The position numbers were made by a program, and so were the translations under genes. This document shows, piece after piece, positions 1-9,565 of a stretch of 63,673 bases of DNA. The first letter of the stretch is position 1. Each line of letters starts with the position of its first letter. The DNA is from Desulfobacterota bacterium AH_259_B03_O07 (GTDB lineage: Bacteria; Desulfobacterota_D; UBA1144; Nemesobacterales; CSP1-2), in contig JALLOG010000003.1 of NCBI GenBank assembly GCA_027717645.1, positions 1-63,673 of the forward strand, given 5' to 3'. A model generated the notes under the pieces. That model saw nothing but the letters and a program-made list of their open reading frames with translations, did not search any database and was not told where the DNA came from.

Positions 1-2
1 GA

Positions 3-104
3 GACAATGCGAATTTCCTATATGAGATGGGGGAGGGAGAGATTCTAGATAATCCTGAGGAAGTCGAAAAGGTAAAAAAGTTATCTGGAATCTACACTAA
101 CTGA
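3..104 (+). CDS. 3' end of an ORF entering from the left edge (DNANFLYEMGEGEILDNPEEVEKVKKLSGIYTN*), unknown function
   Basis: Open frame from base 3 to TGA at 102-104; too short to assign. Confidence 0.35.
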   Translation, partial: DNANFLYEMGEGEILDNPEEVEKVKKLSGIYTN

Positions 105-142
105 ATAAACCCTTTTCCTAATTATTTTCCATGTACCGATAG

Positions 143-925
143 ATCTGTCATGGCGATCTGGAAACACAGATACTTATTGCACACATGCCGTTGTTCTTTC
201 GTCCAGATTCCAAGAAAGCACTGGTCATTGGCTTGGCTAGCGGTATCACCGCCGGCTTGGTTACCCTGCACAGTGGCACCTCCAGTATAGACATAATTGA
301 GCTTGAGCCATCTGTGGTGGATGCAAGCCACGAGTTTGACAATTACAACAATAGACCTCTTGATGACCCCCGTGTTGATCTATACATAAATGATGCACGC
401 AATCACCTGCCTCTGGCTGAAGATCATACATATGATGTGGTGATTTCAGAGCCTTCAAACCCCTGGTTGAGCGGAGTCTCTAATCTGTTTACATGGGAAT
501 TTTTTCAACTGGGCAAACAAAAATTAAGAAAAGGAGGGGTTTGGTCTCAATGGGTTCACGCTTACGCTATGACAACAGACGACATGAATTCTTTACTAGC
601 AACCTTTGCAGACACTTATGCTTATGTATTGGTATTCCGGGTAGATACTATGGATCTTGTGCTTTTGGGGAGCGACAAGCCGCTTCTGCTTGATGCCTCT
701 ATAAATAATGAGATGCTTGAAGGTGTTGCAGAGATACCATTACAAGCTGTTAACGGTAAAGATGGGGCTTTAGCTCTAGCTGAATCGTATGCATATAGGG
801 ATGTAAGGTGGAGAAGAGTCCTAGATATTATGAAAGTAGTAGTCAATGAAAATCCGGACGATCATATTGTTCGTGATTTATACAATACATATAAGGAACT
901 GGCAGAAGCAGATGAGGGGCAATAA
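143..925 (+). pseudogene. 5'-truncated spermidine synthase-like SAM-dependent transferase (C-terminal part of a fused membrane/spermidine synthase)
   Basis: Motifs VIGLASGIT, IELEPSV, NDARNHL, YDVVISEPSNPW, LFTWEFF. Family-like sequence (GDLETQILIAHMP) continues upstream of the ATG at 185 to a stop at 140-142, so the N-terminus is missing. Confidence 0.7.
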
Positions 926-1353
926 CAACTTATTATTTTAGTAAAACTTAGATGCGTATTTAATAAAACAAAGAAAGATAAAAAAAGCTATTATACTAAT
1001 ATGCAGGGAATGTAATTAAATCAATACTGATTAAAATTATGTGCTAATGGATGAGTAAAATTAGTAGTAAATAAAATATATCTTAAACTGTATTTAACAA
1101 TAGATAAACTATCCGTAATTTTAAGTATAGAAAAAATTTAAACTCCTATAAGAGCTCATATTGTTAATATCACTTTAAGCTCTATTATTATGTCTCTCGA
1201 AGACATTGGCAACGATAATTGTATGTATTGTAAACGACTCTTTTTTCTCTGAGGCCTGCTTCATATTCGTATGGTCCTTTTTTCCTTTTCTCTTAAGTAA
1301 ATGACAGTAGCAATTTTTTAGAGTTGCTAATTATTATTATTGCTTAAGTGGTT

Positions 1354-1390
1354 AAAAAAAATCCCTAATCCTGTTAAAGAATTAGGGATT
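1354..1390 (-). terminator. Intrinsic terminator downstream of the Cys-rich gene
   Basis: Stem AATCCCTAAT (1360-1369) / ATTAGGGATT (1381-1390) with a T-run on the minus strand. Confidence 0.6.
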
Positions 1391-1433
1391 AAGTTAACAT
1401 TTTTTTATCAGACTATACATATTTAAGGAAGAT

Positions 1434-2009
1434 CTAATTTACACAATAACAATGCCAATCGGTTTTTGGTGTATTAGTTATTAGCATTTTGCCTCGTCCT
1501 TTTCCAATCCCTTTTCCGAAAAAATTTCTGGCATTGCTACCCGTCGGAGACGAATAAGCAGCGCAGTAACAACCTGGACAGTTTGCTGTGCATATCTTGG
1601 TATTAGCAGGACATGATATATACCATTTTTTTGGACTTCCTTGGCTGTATGGGGTTACCTTGCCTCCGCATCCACGGCCGCAGTAAGTATATTTACTCAA
1701 TTTTAGGAGGCTGACAGGACCAGGATCGACAGGTGCTAATTCACCTTGATCTTGATCACCACCTTTCTTTTTGGTTTTATATTTCCCATCTCCTTCTTCG
1801 CAATTCTATTCATTTTCGTGTTTCTCTTTCCCTTGTTCATTTTCTTCCTGCTGATTTTTTTCGCTTTTAACCAGCAATTTACCGTTTAATCCCTCGGCAA
1901 TAATGTTTTCATTATCAGCCGTGGTGGAATCTGCACTTAATTTTATTGACAGCGCCATACCCACCAGAAATACAAGAACTGCAGCAAAAATGATTTTTTG
2001 TTGCCTCAT
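1434..2009 (-). pseudogene. Secreted Cys-rich protein, one frame interrupted by a single in-frame TAG (1806-1808)
   Basis: Track ORFs 1806..2027 and 1434..1700 are in the same frame. The 35 codons between them are open (NCEEGDGKYKTKKKGGDQDQGELAPVDPGPVSLLK). Signal peptide MRQQKIIFAAVLVFLVGMALS follows RBS AAGGGGGT. Confidence 0.65.
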
Positions 2010-2080
2010 ATTACTAACCCCCTTCATTCAAAAAATTTAGACATATCATACATGTCTTTTATATAAACTTACTTTTGCAT

Positions 2081-2147
2081 ATATGGTTACATCTTTAATT
2101 GCACAACCAAATAAACTTTCGGTTACATAGTTAAATTGCTTGACACG
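2081..2147 (+). mobile_element. Isolated right-end copy of the IS at 3861-4720
   Basis: ATATGGTTACATCTTTAATTGC...ACTTTCGGTTACATAGTTAAATTGCTTGACACG is near-identical to 4654-4720. Confidence 0.8.
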
Positions 2148-2603
2148 ACAAATAAATAAAGCTTGCTTCTAGCTATCTTTATCTCCGTTATATCTACATG
2201 CACATATCCTATATCGTAGACCTTAAACTTCTTTTTTTCTTTTTACCCTGTTTTTCTTCGGTAGGAAGTCTATTTAGCCCATTTCTTCTTAGACATCTAT
2301 GCAGATTAGAACGCGAGAGTGTTGGTATATGGGGTTTTAAGCATATATACACATCATCAAGAGCAAATTTTGTTATTCTTCTAAATTCACATACTATTTG
2401 TTGTTGCTCTGGGCTAAGTGATGATCTTATAGTTATTGGACCACTTTTACCATCTTCCACACTTTGTGCTTTCTTCCATTTTGTACTGTTTTTATGTTTA
2501 AATGATACTTTTTTGCTAAGTTAGCGTAACTCTGTGTAGAGTTTTGTATTTCTTCTCTGATCTTTGGTGTTGTCTTGGCGTTAGGGTGTAGTATACTTCC
2601 CAT
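2148..2603 (-). pseudogene. IS481-family transposase remnant (frameshifted, truncated)
   Basis: Reads MGSILHPNAKTTPKIREEIQNS...LSRSNLHRCLRRNGLNRLP...KKFKVYDIGYVHVDITEIK across frameshifts; cut off at the IS end at 2147. Confidence 0.8.
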
Positions 2604-2738
2604 AGGTCTACCTCCTTTATATCTTTATATCTTATACCATAAGAAAAAGGAACTAGACAACTATTAAATTTAAAGGAATTTTGCCAACCAAATTTTTACA
2701 TTTTTACCACTGGTGAAAATATCTAATGTGAGGCTACA

Positions 2739-3725
2739 ATGAAGAGAATAAATATTACGTCATTGTTATTTATATTCATAGCAGTATGTGCTATCGGTAG
2801 TTGTAAGAATGGGTGTAAAGGTGACCGTGGGGTAGTTGGCAGCGGTCCAGGATTTATAGATCCTTTAGGTATTGCAGTCGAGGCTGAAGGGAATATAGTG
2901 GTAGTTGATCATGTTCTCGACTCGGTGTTTAGAGTTGATCCTGTCAATGGCAATCGCACAATCGTTTCTAATTCAATTACTGGAATTGGGCCAGAATTCT
3001 CAGCCCCATTTGGCATTGTGGTAGAGAAAAAAGGTAGTCTTGTTGTAGTAGATTATTCAGCAGATGCGGTTATTCGGGTTGACCCTGTCACTGGCAACCG
3101 CACAATCGTTTCTGATGCCACAAACGGAAGCGGCCACCAATTTGTTTCCCCTAATAGCATTGCTGTTGAGGCTGATGGTAGTTTGGTGATAGTTGATTAT
3201 CGTCCTATTTCAGTGATTCGAGTGAATCCTGTTACTGGAGACCGAAAGGTAGTCACAGATGCCTTCACTGGCAGTGGCCCATTATTTAAAGAGCCATCAG
3301 GTATTGCAGTAGAGCCTGATGGCAATCTGGTAGTCGCTGATCCATTACTACAGGCCATCGTACGGGTGGATCCGGTTACCGGCAACCGAACTATTGTGTC
3401 CGACGCAAACATCGGGAGTGGACCAGAATTTTTAGCTCCCAAAGCTGTTGCTTTAGAGCCCAGTGGTAGCTTAATTGTTGTTGATACAAATAATTTACCT
3501 ATTTTAAGGGTGGACCCTGTCAGTGGTAACCGTACTGTTGTATCTAGTGCTAGCATAGGAAGAGGACCGAACTTTGTGGCCCCTAAAGACATCTCCATTA
3601 AGGCTGACGGTAGTTTGTTGGTGATTGATAGAACTCTTCAAGCGGTGTTAAGAGTGGATCCTGTCACCGGTGACCGCAGGATTATCTCGGATGCTGTACC
3701 TGGTAATAAACCGGTAACTTTTTAA
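2739..3725 (+). CDS. Lipoprotein with six ~49-aa NHL/SMP-30-like beta-propeller repeats
   Basis: Signal with lipobox-like AIGSC; repeat GSGPxFxxPxxIAVExDGSLVVVDxxxxxVxRVDPVTGNRTIVSDA occurs six times. Confidence 0.75.
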   Translation: MKRINITSLLFIFIAVCAIGSCKNGCKGDRGVVGSGPGFIDPLGIAVEAEGNIVVVDHVLDSVFRVDPVNGNRTIVSNSITGIGPEFSAPFGIVVEKKGSLVVVDYSADAVIRVDPVTGNRTIVSDATNGSGHQFVSPNSIAVEADGSLVIVDYRPISVIRVNPVTGDRKVVTDAFTGSGPLFKEPSGIAVEPDGNLVVADPLLQAIVRVDPVTGNRTIVSDANIGSGPEFLAPKAVALEPSGSLIVVDTNNLPILRVDPVSGNRTVVSSASIGRGPNFVAPKDISIKADGSLLVIDRTLQAVLRVDPVTGDRRIISDAVPGNKPVTF

Positions 3726-3860
3726 CACTAAGTTAATTGACTCTTGGTTCGATGTAGTCTGCTGTTAGTGTATGTGGGATTTCGGGCTTCAGTACCTTTT
3801 GTTACAGTTCCAGTGATAGAACCATGGTCAACTTTTAAGCATTTGCAGTTAACCGTATTC

Positions 3861-4720
3861 TGCGACGTAAAATGTAACCGAAAGGGAATTGGTTGTGCAA
3901 TATAAAAAAGTAACCGAAAATAGAAAGTAAGAATTTAATATTTAAAGACGAAATCAAAAAAGGGAAAGGGCAGACTCTTAGACGTGGCTCGGAAGCGAAC
4001 AGGTATGAATCAAAAATATATAATCAGGAAACTGAGGCCACCTAGTAATCTTGACAAAATTAAGCCAAGGCACAGAAGGAGGAAAGAATTTTACGATGGG
4101 TATGTAAGGGCTGCATTGCTTAGATGTTGGGAGATATTTGACTATCCCTGCCCTCAGAGGTTAAGACAACTAGGAGAGCTAGGATGCAGTGATGGAGTAG
4201 CAGGGAAATTAAGGGCAATTAGTGCAAGGACAATAGATGAGAAGCTAAGGCATCAAAAGGAGGTGGAAGGTTTAAGGAGAAAATACCACCGTAAGAAACA
4301 TCCCCTACTTTACCAAGAGATACCGGTTAAGCTCTCAGGGGAGCAGGACAGGACGCAATTGGGGAATATACAGATAGATTTAGTAGAACACTGTGGTCAA
4401 TCAGCTAGAGGGGAGTATATAAATACTCTATCCACTACTGATATAAACTCTGGTTGGTGGGAAGGAGAAGCTGTGATGGGTAGATCGCCGGAGGTTGAAC
4501 AAAAGGTAAGGCAGGAGTTAAGGAAGATATATTTAGATTTGAATCCAGCTCAGCTCAAAAGAGAAATTGATGACAAATCAAACAAGCTTTTTAAGTATTA
4601 TCAACAAAAAAATAAATCACAAAAACTAACAATAAAAAAGAAACTAAAACCAAATATGGTTACATCTTTAATTGCAGAAACACAACAACTTTCGGTTACA
4701 TAGTTAAATTGCTTGACACG
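3861..4720 (+). mobile_element. Internally deleted IS (ISNCY-like integrase-core transposase) with terminal inverted repeats
   Basis: Left ATGTAACCGAAAG...TTGGTTGTGCAAT...GTAACC is inverse to the right end 4654-4720; encloses the transposase remnant. Confidence 0.7.
3984..4703 (+). pseudogene. Integrase-core (rve-type) transposase with internal deletions
   Basis: ISARTIDEKL, GNIQIDLVEHCG, TLSTTDINSGW and C-terminal LNPAQLKREI are present, but the middle of the catalytic domain is missing. Confidence 0.7.
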
Positions 4721-5226
4721 CAAGGTATTCCCCAAACCTTTTCGGTATAGGTTTTGAAAAACATAGCGTATAAACGATTACCAAACCGATTGGATACCCA
4801 TTGTTCAAAAGTCTTTTCTGGTTTTTGAGGAAACAATTGTGACTTGAAGTAGCTTATTGCCACGAGAAGGCTATTCCATAAACCAAGATTGAGTAATGCA
4901 TTGGAAATCCTATACGGATAATTAAAGAATTTTTTGTTATGGTAGATTCTGGATAGGCGCTTTCGCTTGATAAAATCATCCCCGAGTATCTCGTGCCAAA
5001 AATGTTCAATTGGGTTAACTTTAGTAAAGAAGCGGTGACCTCCAATGTCGAAATGGTAACCTTTGAAGTTGATGGTTCTAGCCAGGCCTCCAACAATTGA
5101 GTCCTTCTCTAAAACAACTGAGCGTACGCCAGCTTCGCAAAGTTTATACGCTGCTGTTAGACCTGCTGGACCAGCACCAACTTTTATTACCTTTTTATCA
5201 GTGATCTGTTGCTTTGTTGCCTGCAT
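4721..5226 (-). pseudogene. FAD-dependent oxidoreductase (protoporphyrinogen oxidase/UDP-galactopyranose mutase-like), 3'-truncated by the IS end
   Basis: GAGPAGL, VLEKDSIVGGLART, FDIGGHRFF, YTEKVWGIPC; homology stops at the IS terminus. Confidence 0.8.
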
Positions 5227-5541
5227 ACGAACTGCATGATTGTTTTTAATATAAATTTATGTATTCAATTTAATCTAACCATTCTTATTTATGTTGGTAA
5301 AAATAAGATTTAGCAATAATAGATCCATCTCGGACAAATTTACTCTAAAAGAGCTATTATCTAGATTACTAGTCTTTATAAAGCAAAACAATAGTATATA
5401 GCCTTGAAGTCGAAAATTATTCTGATTCGTATTTCTTGTTTAGTTGTTAAACGTTTACAAAATAGTGAATCTTAATGAAATTATTTAATCCAAAGATGAT
5501 ATTGTTTCTCCGTTAAATATATCTATTTATAAGTTCTATGA

Positions 5542-7338
5542 TTAAGATTGTTTTTTAAATCTTCTGTACCAGGGCGTTAGTCTAAGTAATCCTGAAATTG
5601 TTGATTTTAACTGTGCTCGCTCAATTACAAGATGTATTCCTCCATGCTTGGAATAAAATTCTGATGTTGTGATATTTGGATCCAATGCCCGACCACCGCT
5701 TGTCAATTTTACGACTCTATGTCCAGCAAAAGCGACATTCGCCTTTTTCTCTGCAATAATGAAGTCCCCTTGGACGACGTAACTGGCTAAAGCGCCACCG
5801 GTCGTTGGATGACCGAGAACTGAGATGTATGGAAGGCCTGCTTCTTTAAGCTTCAATACTGAAGCAATTGTCTTTGGCATCTGATATAATGCTACCGTAC
5901 CTTCATGCATCCTTGCACCACCAGTAGCGGATACGGAAATTAGAGGTAGTCTTTTATTTATAGCATAACGAACGATTAATTTCATTTTCTCTCCAAAAAC
6001 GGAGCCCATGGATCCTCCCATAAATCGAAAATCGCTAACAGCAATAGCAAGAGGCATATCCGTGAGCATACCATATCCGATTACTAGAGAATCCCTAGAG
6101 TCTGTTCGATTTGTCATTTTATTTCGGCTTTCAGAGTAATCGTAAAAATTAAATTTCCCATGAATATTCTCTGTACTTATATCTGGACGTATTTCATGAA
6201 AAGAGCCGGAATTCAGGAATAAGTTAAGATAGTCATCTGATCCAAGGGGGCTGGGTTTTTGGCAGAATGGACATGCATAGAAATTATCTTGAAACTCCTC
6301 TTTAGTAGATCGATTCTTACATCCATACCTGACGATTTTTCCCTCTGGATCTTTTTCGTCATTACATACATAGGGTTCAGCACCATATAATGCTATCTGC
6401 ATAGGGGATCCTTGAGAATTGGTAGTCTTGCTAAAGGGTAGCCATCCCCTTATTTTTTTTGCAAAGGCTTGATATCTTTTTCGTCTTGTTTCAAGTTGAC
6501 CACATTCGTCTATCTTATCTCTTAATTGTTTTTGTAAGTGTTTAATGTCGGAGCGCTCTAATTCATCTGCAGCTTGGCCGAGTGCCTTCCGAATATTGTC
6601 TAGCGTCTTGGACATGTAGTCTGGTTTGTCTAATGGTGGTTCCTTGATTATTTTATCAATTATCCCGTATCTAAGCATATATTCAGATGATGGTTGTAAA
6701 ACCTTGAGTGCTTCTTCAATATTATCGGCCCTGCGAAACAGTATGGCAGAGCATCCTTCAGCTGTAATCACAGAGTATTCAGCTCCGGAGAGCATGAATC
6801 TTCTATGCGCAAGCTGTAGTGCTATAGCACCCCCGCTCCCACCACTACCAAGTATTAAAGAAATGGATTTTGTGTTAAGCATTACCATCTTTGCTTGGCA
6901 GTAGGAGATCAGCCAGGACTGCAATTTTTCTGCGGAATATTCAAAGGGATCTCCTCCAATAGTGTCAATGTGATTATGAAGCATTAACCCGTTCTTCTCC
7001 GCATAAAGCATCATATTGTATGCCAATCCATAACCGTCAGCTTTTACCAAACCGTAGTTAAGCTTTGCCCGTTCAGAGTCGTCTGTAGGAGTCTGCTGTG
7101 CAATTATAGCCACTTTCTTATTCGTATTATTAAAATTAGCGGTACCAATAATCACCGTTGGGTCATCGACAAATTCAATCGTTCTTCCAGAAGGTGCAGT
7201 GAATTTAGTAGAAAAATCAGGGATTTCGCTCCATGGTACGAAATCCGTGTACAGGGAGTCTATTATATGCTTTGACTTTATCCTGTTATAGGATTTTGCT
7301 TGTTCATGAATGTCTATTAACTTTGATTTGTCGGGCAT
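5542..7338 (-). CDS. Fused acyl-CoA carboxylase carboxyltransferase (AccA-like N-terminus, AccD-like C-terminus)
   Basis: AccA-like GGSGGAIAL...YSVITAEGCSAIL...GIIDKIIKEP; AccD-like CPFC, DFRFMGGSMGSVFGEK, GGARMHEG, HPTTGG. Confidence 0.8.
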   Translation of the reverse strand: MPDKSKLIDIHEQAKSYNRIKSKHIIDSLYTDFVPWSEIPDFSTKFTAPSGRTIEFVDDPTVIIGTANFNNTNKKVAIIAQQTPTDDSERAKLNYGLVKADGYGLAYNMMLYAEKNGLMLHNHIDTIGGDPFEYSAEKLQSWLISYCQAKMVMLNTKSISLILGSGGSGGAIALQLAHRRFMLSGAEYSVITAEGCSAILFRRADNIEEALKVLQPSSEYMLRYGIIDKIIKEPPLDKPDYMSKTLDNIRKALGQAADELERSDIKHLQKQLRDKIDECGQLETRRKRYQAFAKKIRGWLPFSKTTNSQGSPMQIALYGAEPYVCNDEKDPEGKIVRYGCKNRSTKEEFQDNFYACPFCQKPSPLGSDDYLNLFLNSGSFHEIRPDISTENIHGKFNFYDYSESRNKMTNRTDSRDSLVIGYGMLTDMPLAIAVSDFRFMGGSMGSVFGEKMKLIVRYAINKRLPLISVSATGGARMHEGTVALYQMPKTIASVLKLKEAGLPYISVLGHPTTGGALASYVVQGDFIIAEKKANVAFAGHRVVKLTSGGRALDPNITTSEFYSKHGGIHLVIERAQLKSTISGLLRLTPWYRRFKKQS

Positions 7339-7460
7339 ATTTATAAATAATCACCAAAGATAAAATGTCATACGTATTAAGACAGAGGCGACATTTTACT
7401 ATGATAATTGTAATTGGGTTATAATAAAAGAAAAGATTATCTTGATTTAAAATAAAAAAG

Positions 7461-8399
7461 TCATTCTTCGAGATTATTAATATAAATTTCTTTAATATTT
7501 TCAAGCTCTTTAGAGCTCAGTTGAACCTTTGTTGAGCCGATGTTTTCTTCTACCTGATATACTCTTTTTGCACCGGGGATTACGGCCGAAACTGCTTCGT
7601 GAGATAAACAAAACCTAAGTGAAGCTTGAATTAGGGTTTTCTCCTGGCTTTTGAGAAACATCAGCTTTTTCACTTTTTCCATAGAGTCCATCAAATAAGA
7701 TTTACTCCATCCGCGTCTGTGGTCGCCCTTTAGAAAAAGGGAATTCTCATTGTAATTCCCTGTAAGGAGACCGCAGGCAAGAGGTTCTCTTGCAATGATT
7801 CCAATTTCATTTTTCATAGCGAGCGGAAATAATTCCTTTTCTGCTTCTTGTTCTAACATGTTGTATGCAATCTGTATTATATCTGGTTTTCCAGTAGCAA
7901 TGGCGGCAATGCCATCTCTGGCGTAAGAAGCTGAAACTCCATAAAATCTTATTTTTCCCTGCGTCTTTAATTCATCCATAGTTTCGTATACCTCAAGATT
8001 CACTAATGAATCTGGTTTTGACAAATGGACTTGATAGATGTCAATCCAGTCTCTTTTCAGTCTTTTTAGGCTATGTTCGAGTGCAAAGAATATATATTCT
8101 CTTTTTAAATTACCTCTGATTCCATTTTTTCTATAGAAATCCCAACCAACTTTGGTTGTAATTATCGTTTCTTTATCACCTCTTTCCTTTAACACCCGCC
8201 CTATCAATTCTTCGCTGTGTCCATTGCCATAAGAGTCTGCAGTATCAATGATATTAACACCAAGGTCGAGCGCCCTATGTAATGTTCTAATGGACTCAAT
8301 ATCGTCTGTCGGTCCATATCCAATTCCACTTATTGCCCAAGCTCCAAATCCAATTTCTGAAACCAAAAGGTTTGTTCGTCCAAGTTTTCTTAGTTTCAT
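7461..8399 (-). CDS. Aldo/keto reductase
   Basis: LGRTNLLVSEIGFGAW, DTADSYGNGHSE, SLKRLKRDWIDIYQVH. Confidence 0.9.
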   Translation of the reverse strand: MKLRKLGRTNLLVSEIGFGAWAISGIGYGPTDDIESIRTLHRALDLGVNIIDTADSYGNGHSEELIGRVLKERGDKETIITTKVGWDFYRKNGIRGNLKREYIFFALEHSLKRLKRDWIDIYQVHLSKPDSLVNLEVYETMDELKTQGKIRFYGVSASYARDGIAAIATGKPDIIQIAYNMLEQEAEKELFPLAMKNEIGIIAREPLACGLLTGNYNENSLFLKGDHRRGWSKSYLMDSMEKVKKLMFLKSQEKTLIQASLRFCLSHEAVSAVIPGAKRVYQVEENIGSTKVQLSSKELENIKEIYINNLEE

Positions 8400-8561
8400 T
8401 TAATTTAGTAATATTCAAATTTTAACTTACTTCTATTAAAAAAAGTTGATAGAACTCCACATTCAATTTTAGGAACAGAGATAAGGCAAATATTTATATT
8501 GATGAATTTACTTTATCTGGATATGAAATATTTAGTGAATAAGAATAGTTACACGTGGCAG

Positions 8562-8593
8562 GGCTGAATACTTCATAATTGAGGTACTCAGCC
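8562..8593. terminator. Hairpin after the Fe-S carrier gene, possible terminator
   Basis: GGCTGAATACTTCA / TGAGGTACTCAGCC imperfect stem. Confidence 0.4.
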
Positions 8594-8611
8594 ATTAAGA
8601 TTTTAGTGAGA

Positions 8612-8935
8612 CTAGACAGTGAATGATGATCCGCAACCACAGGATCCGGTGGCATTGGGGTTATTGATCTTGAATCCTGTCCCGTTTAGACCATCTGAAT
8701 AGTCGAGCACACCACCGCTGAGATAAGTGTAACTCGACTCGTCGATAGCTACCTTAACACCATCTTCTTCGAATATTTGATCCGTTTCATCAATTTCGTC
8801 GTCAAACCCCATTTCATAGGAAAAGCCCGAACAACCGCCGGGAATTACGCGAACTCTAAGAACGGCATTTGGTATATCTTCTTCATTTAAAAGTCTCTTA
8901 ATTTCGCTTACTGCCTTAAGTGTAATTTCAAACAT
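8612..8935 (-). CDS. A-type Fe-S cluster carrier (IscA/ErpA/HesB family)
   Basis: GGCSGFSY and NPNATGSCGCGSSF motifs. Confidence 0.93.
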   Translation of the reverse strand: MFEITLKAVSEIKRLLNEEDIPNAVLRVRVIPGGCSGFSYEMGFDDEIDETDQIFEEDGVKVAIDESSYTYLSGGVLDYSDGLNGTGFKINNPNATGSCGCGSSFTV

Positions 8936-8965
8936 ATCTTTTCTGCCTCCTACCGTAAATCTCGA

Positions 8966-9451
8966 TCACTCTCTATAATTATATGCAGTTAAAGCAACAA
9001 TTGCAATTCCAAATAAGAAAATAGTTAAATTTAATGTTGCGGATTGTTTATGAAGACTTCGAAATCCATTCTGCAGTTCTTTGTATTTTGCAGTGTCCTG
9101 AGACAAGCTTCTCATCTCAATTCTCAATTCATGTGCGTTCGGCCTAATCACGGTTCCAGAATAAATAGCGAGTACCAACATTATTAAGAGTAATGCAACT
9201 CTAAATGAATAAAATATGCTAGATGAAGAATAGCCCATGATCCAGTAAAGAATGGTAGAAACTAGTGCAACTCCTCCACAAATGTACGCTATTAGATAGT
9301 ATTTAGGGAATATATCCGCCACTAGATCTCCAGCCATTTCGCGTGGAAGTATTTTAAATACACTTCTAGAGGATATAAAACTAAAAAAGAAAATACTACC
9401 TATCCATAAAATTAATGAAGACAAATAAAAGAATCTAAGTAGGGTTTGCAT
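8966..9451 (-). CDS. DUF4149/TMEM205-like membrane protein
   Basis: Four hydrophobic helices, AGDLVADIFPKYY, FRSLHKQS; probable start MQTLL at 9451. Confidence 0.7.
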   Translation of the reverse strand: MQTLLRFFYLSSLILWIGSIFFFSFISSRSVFKILPREMAGDLVADIFPKYYLIAYICGGVALVSTILYWIMGYSSSSIFYSFRVALLLIMLVLAIYSGTVIRPNAHELRIEMRSLSQDTAKYKELQNGFRSLHKQSATLNLTIFLFGIAIVALTAYNYRE

Positions 9452-9565
9452 GAAAGATTCTGGTCCTATTTTCAATATTATACCTTCAAATGAAAAATAG
9501 CGTACATTGTTTGATAACAATATGGAGCTTTAGTAGTTGAAAAAACTATTGGGTATAGTTTTTAC

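Noticed and set aside
1806-1808. Genome-wide TAG recoding or pyrrolysine as the explanation for the in-frame stop
   Set aside because: TAG ends ordinary genes here (Fe-S carrier, peptidase, btuB) and no pyl genes are visible.
2198-2524. 108-aa plus-strand ORF
   Set aside because: Antisense shadow of the IS481 remnant.
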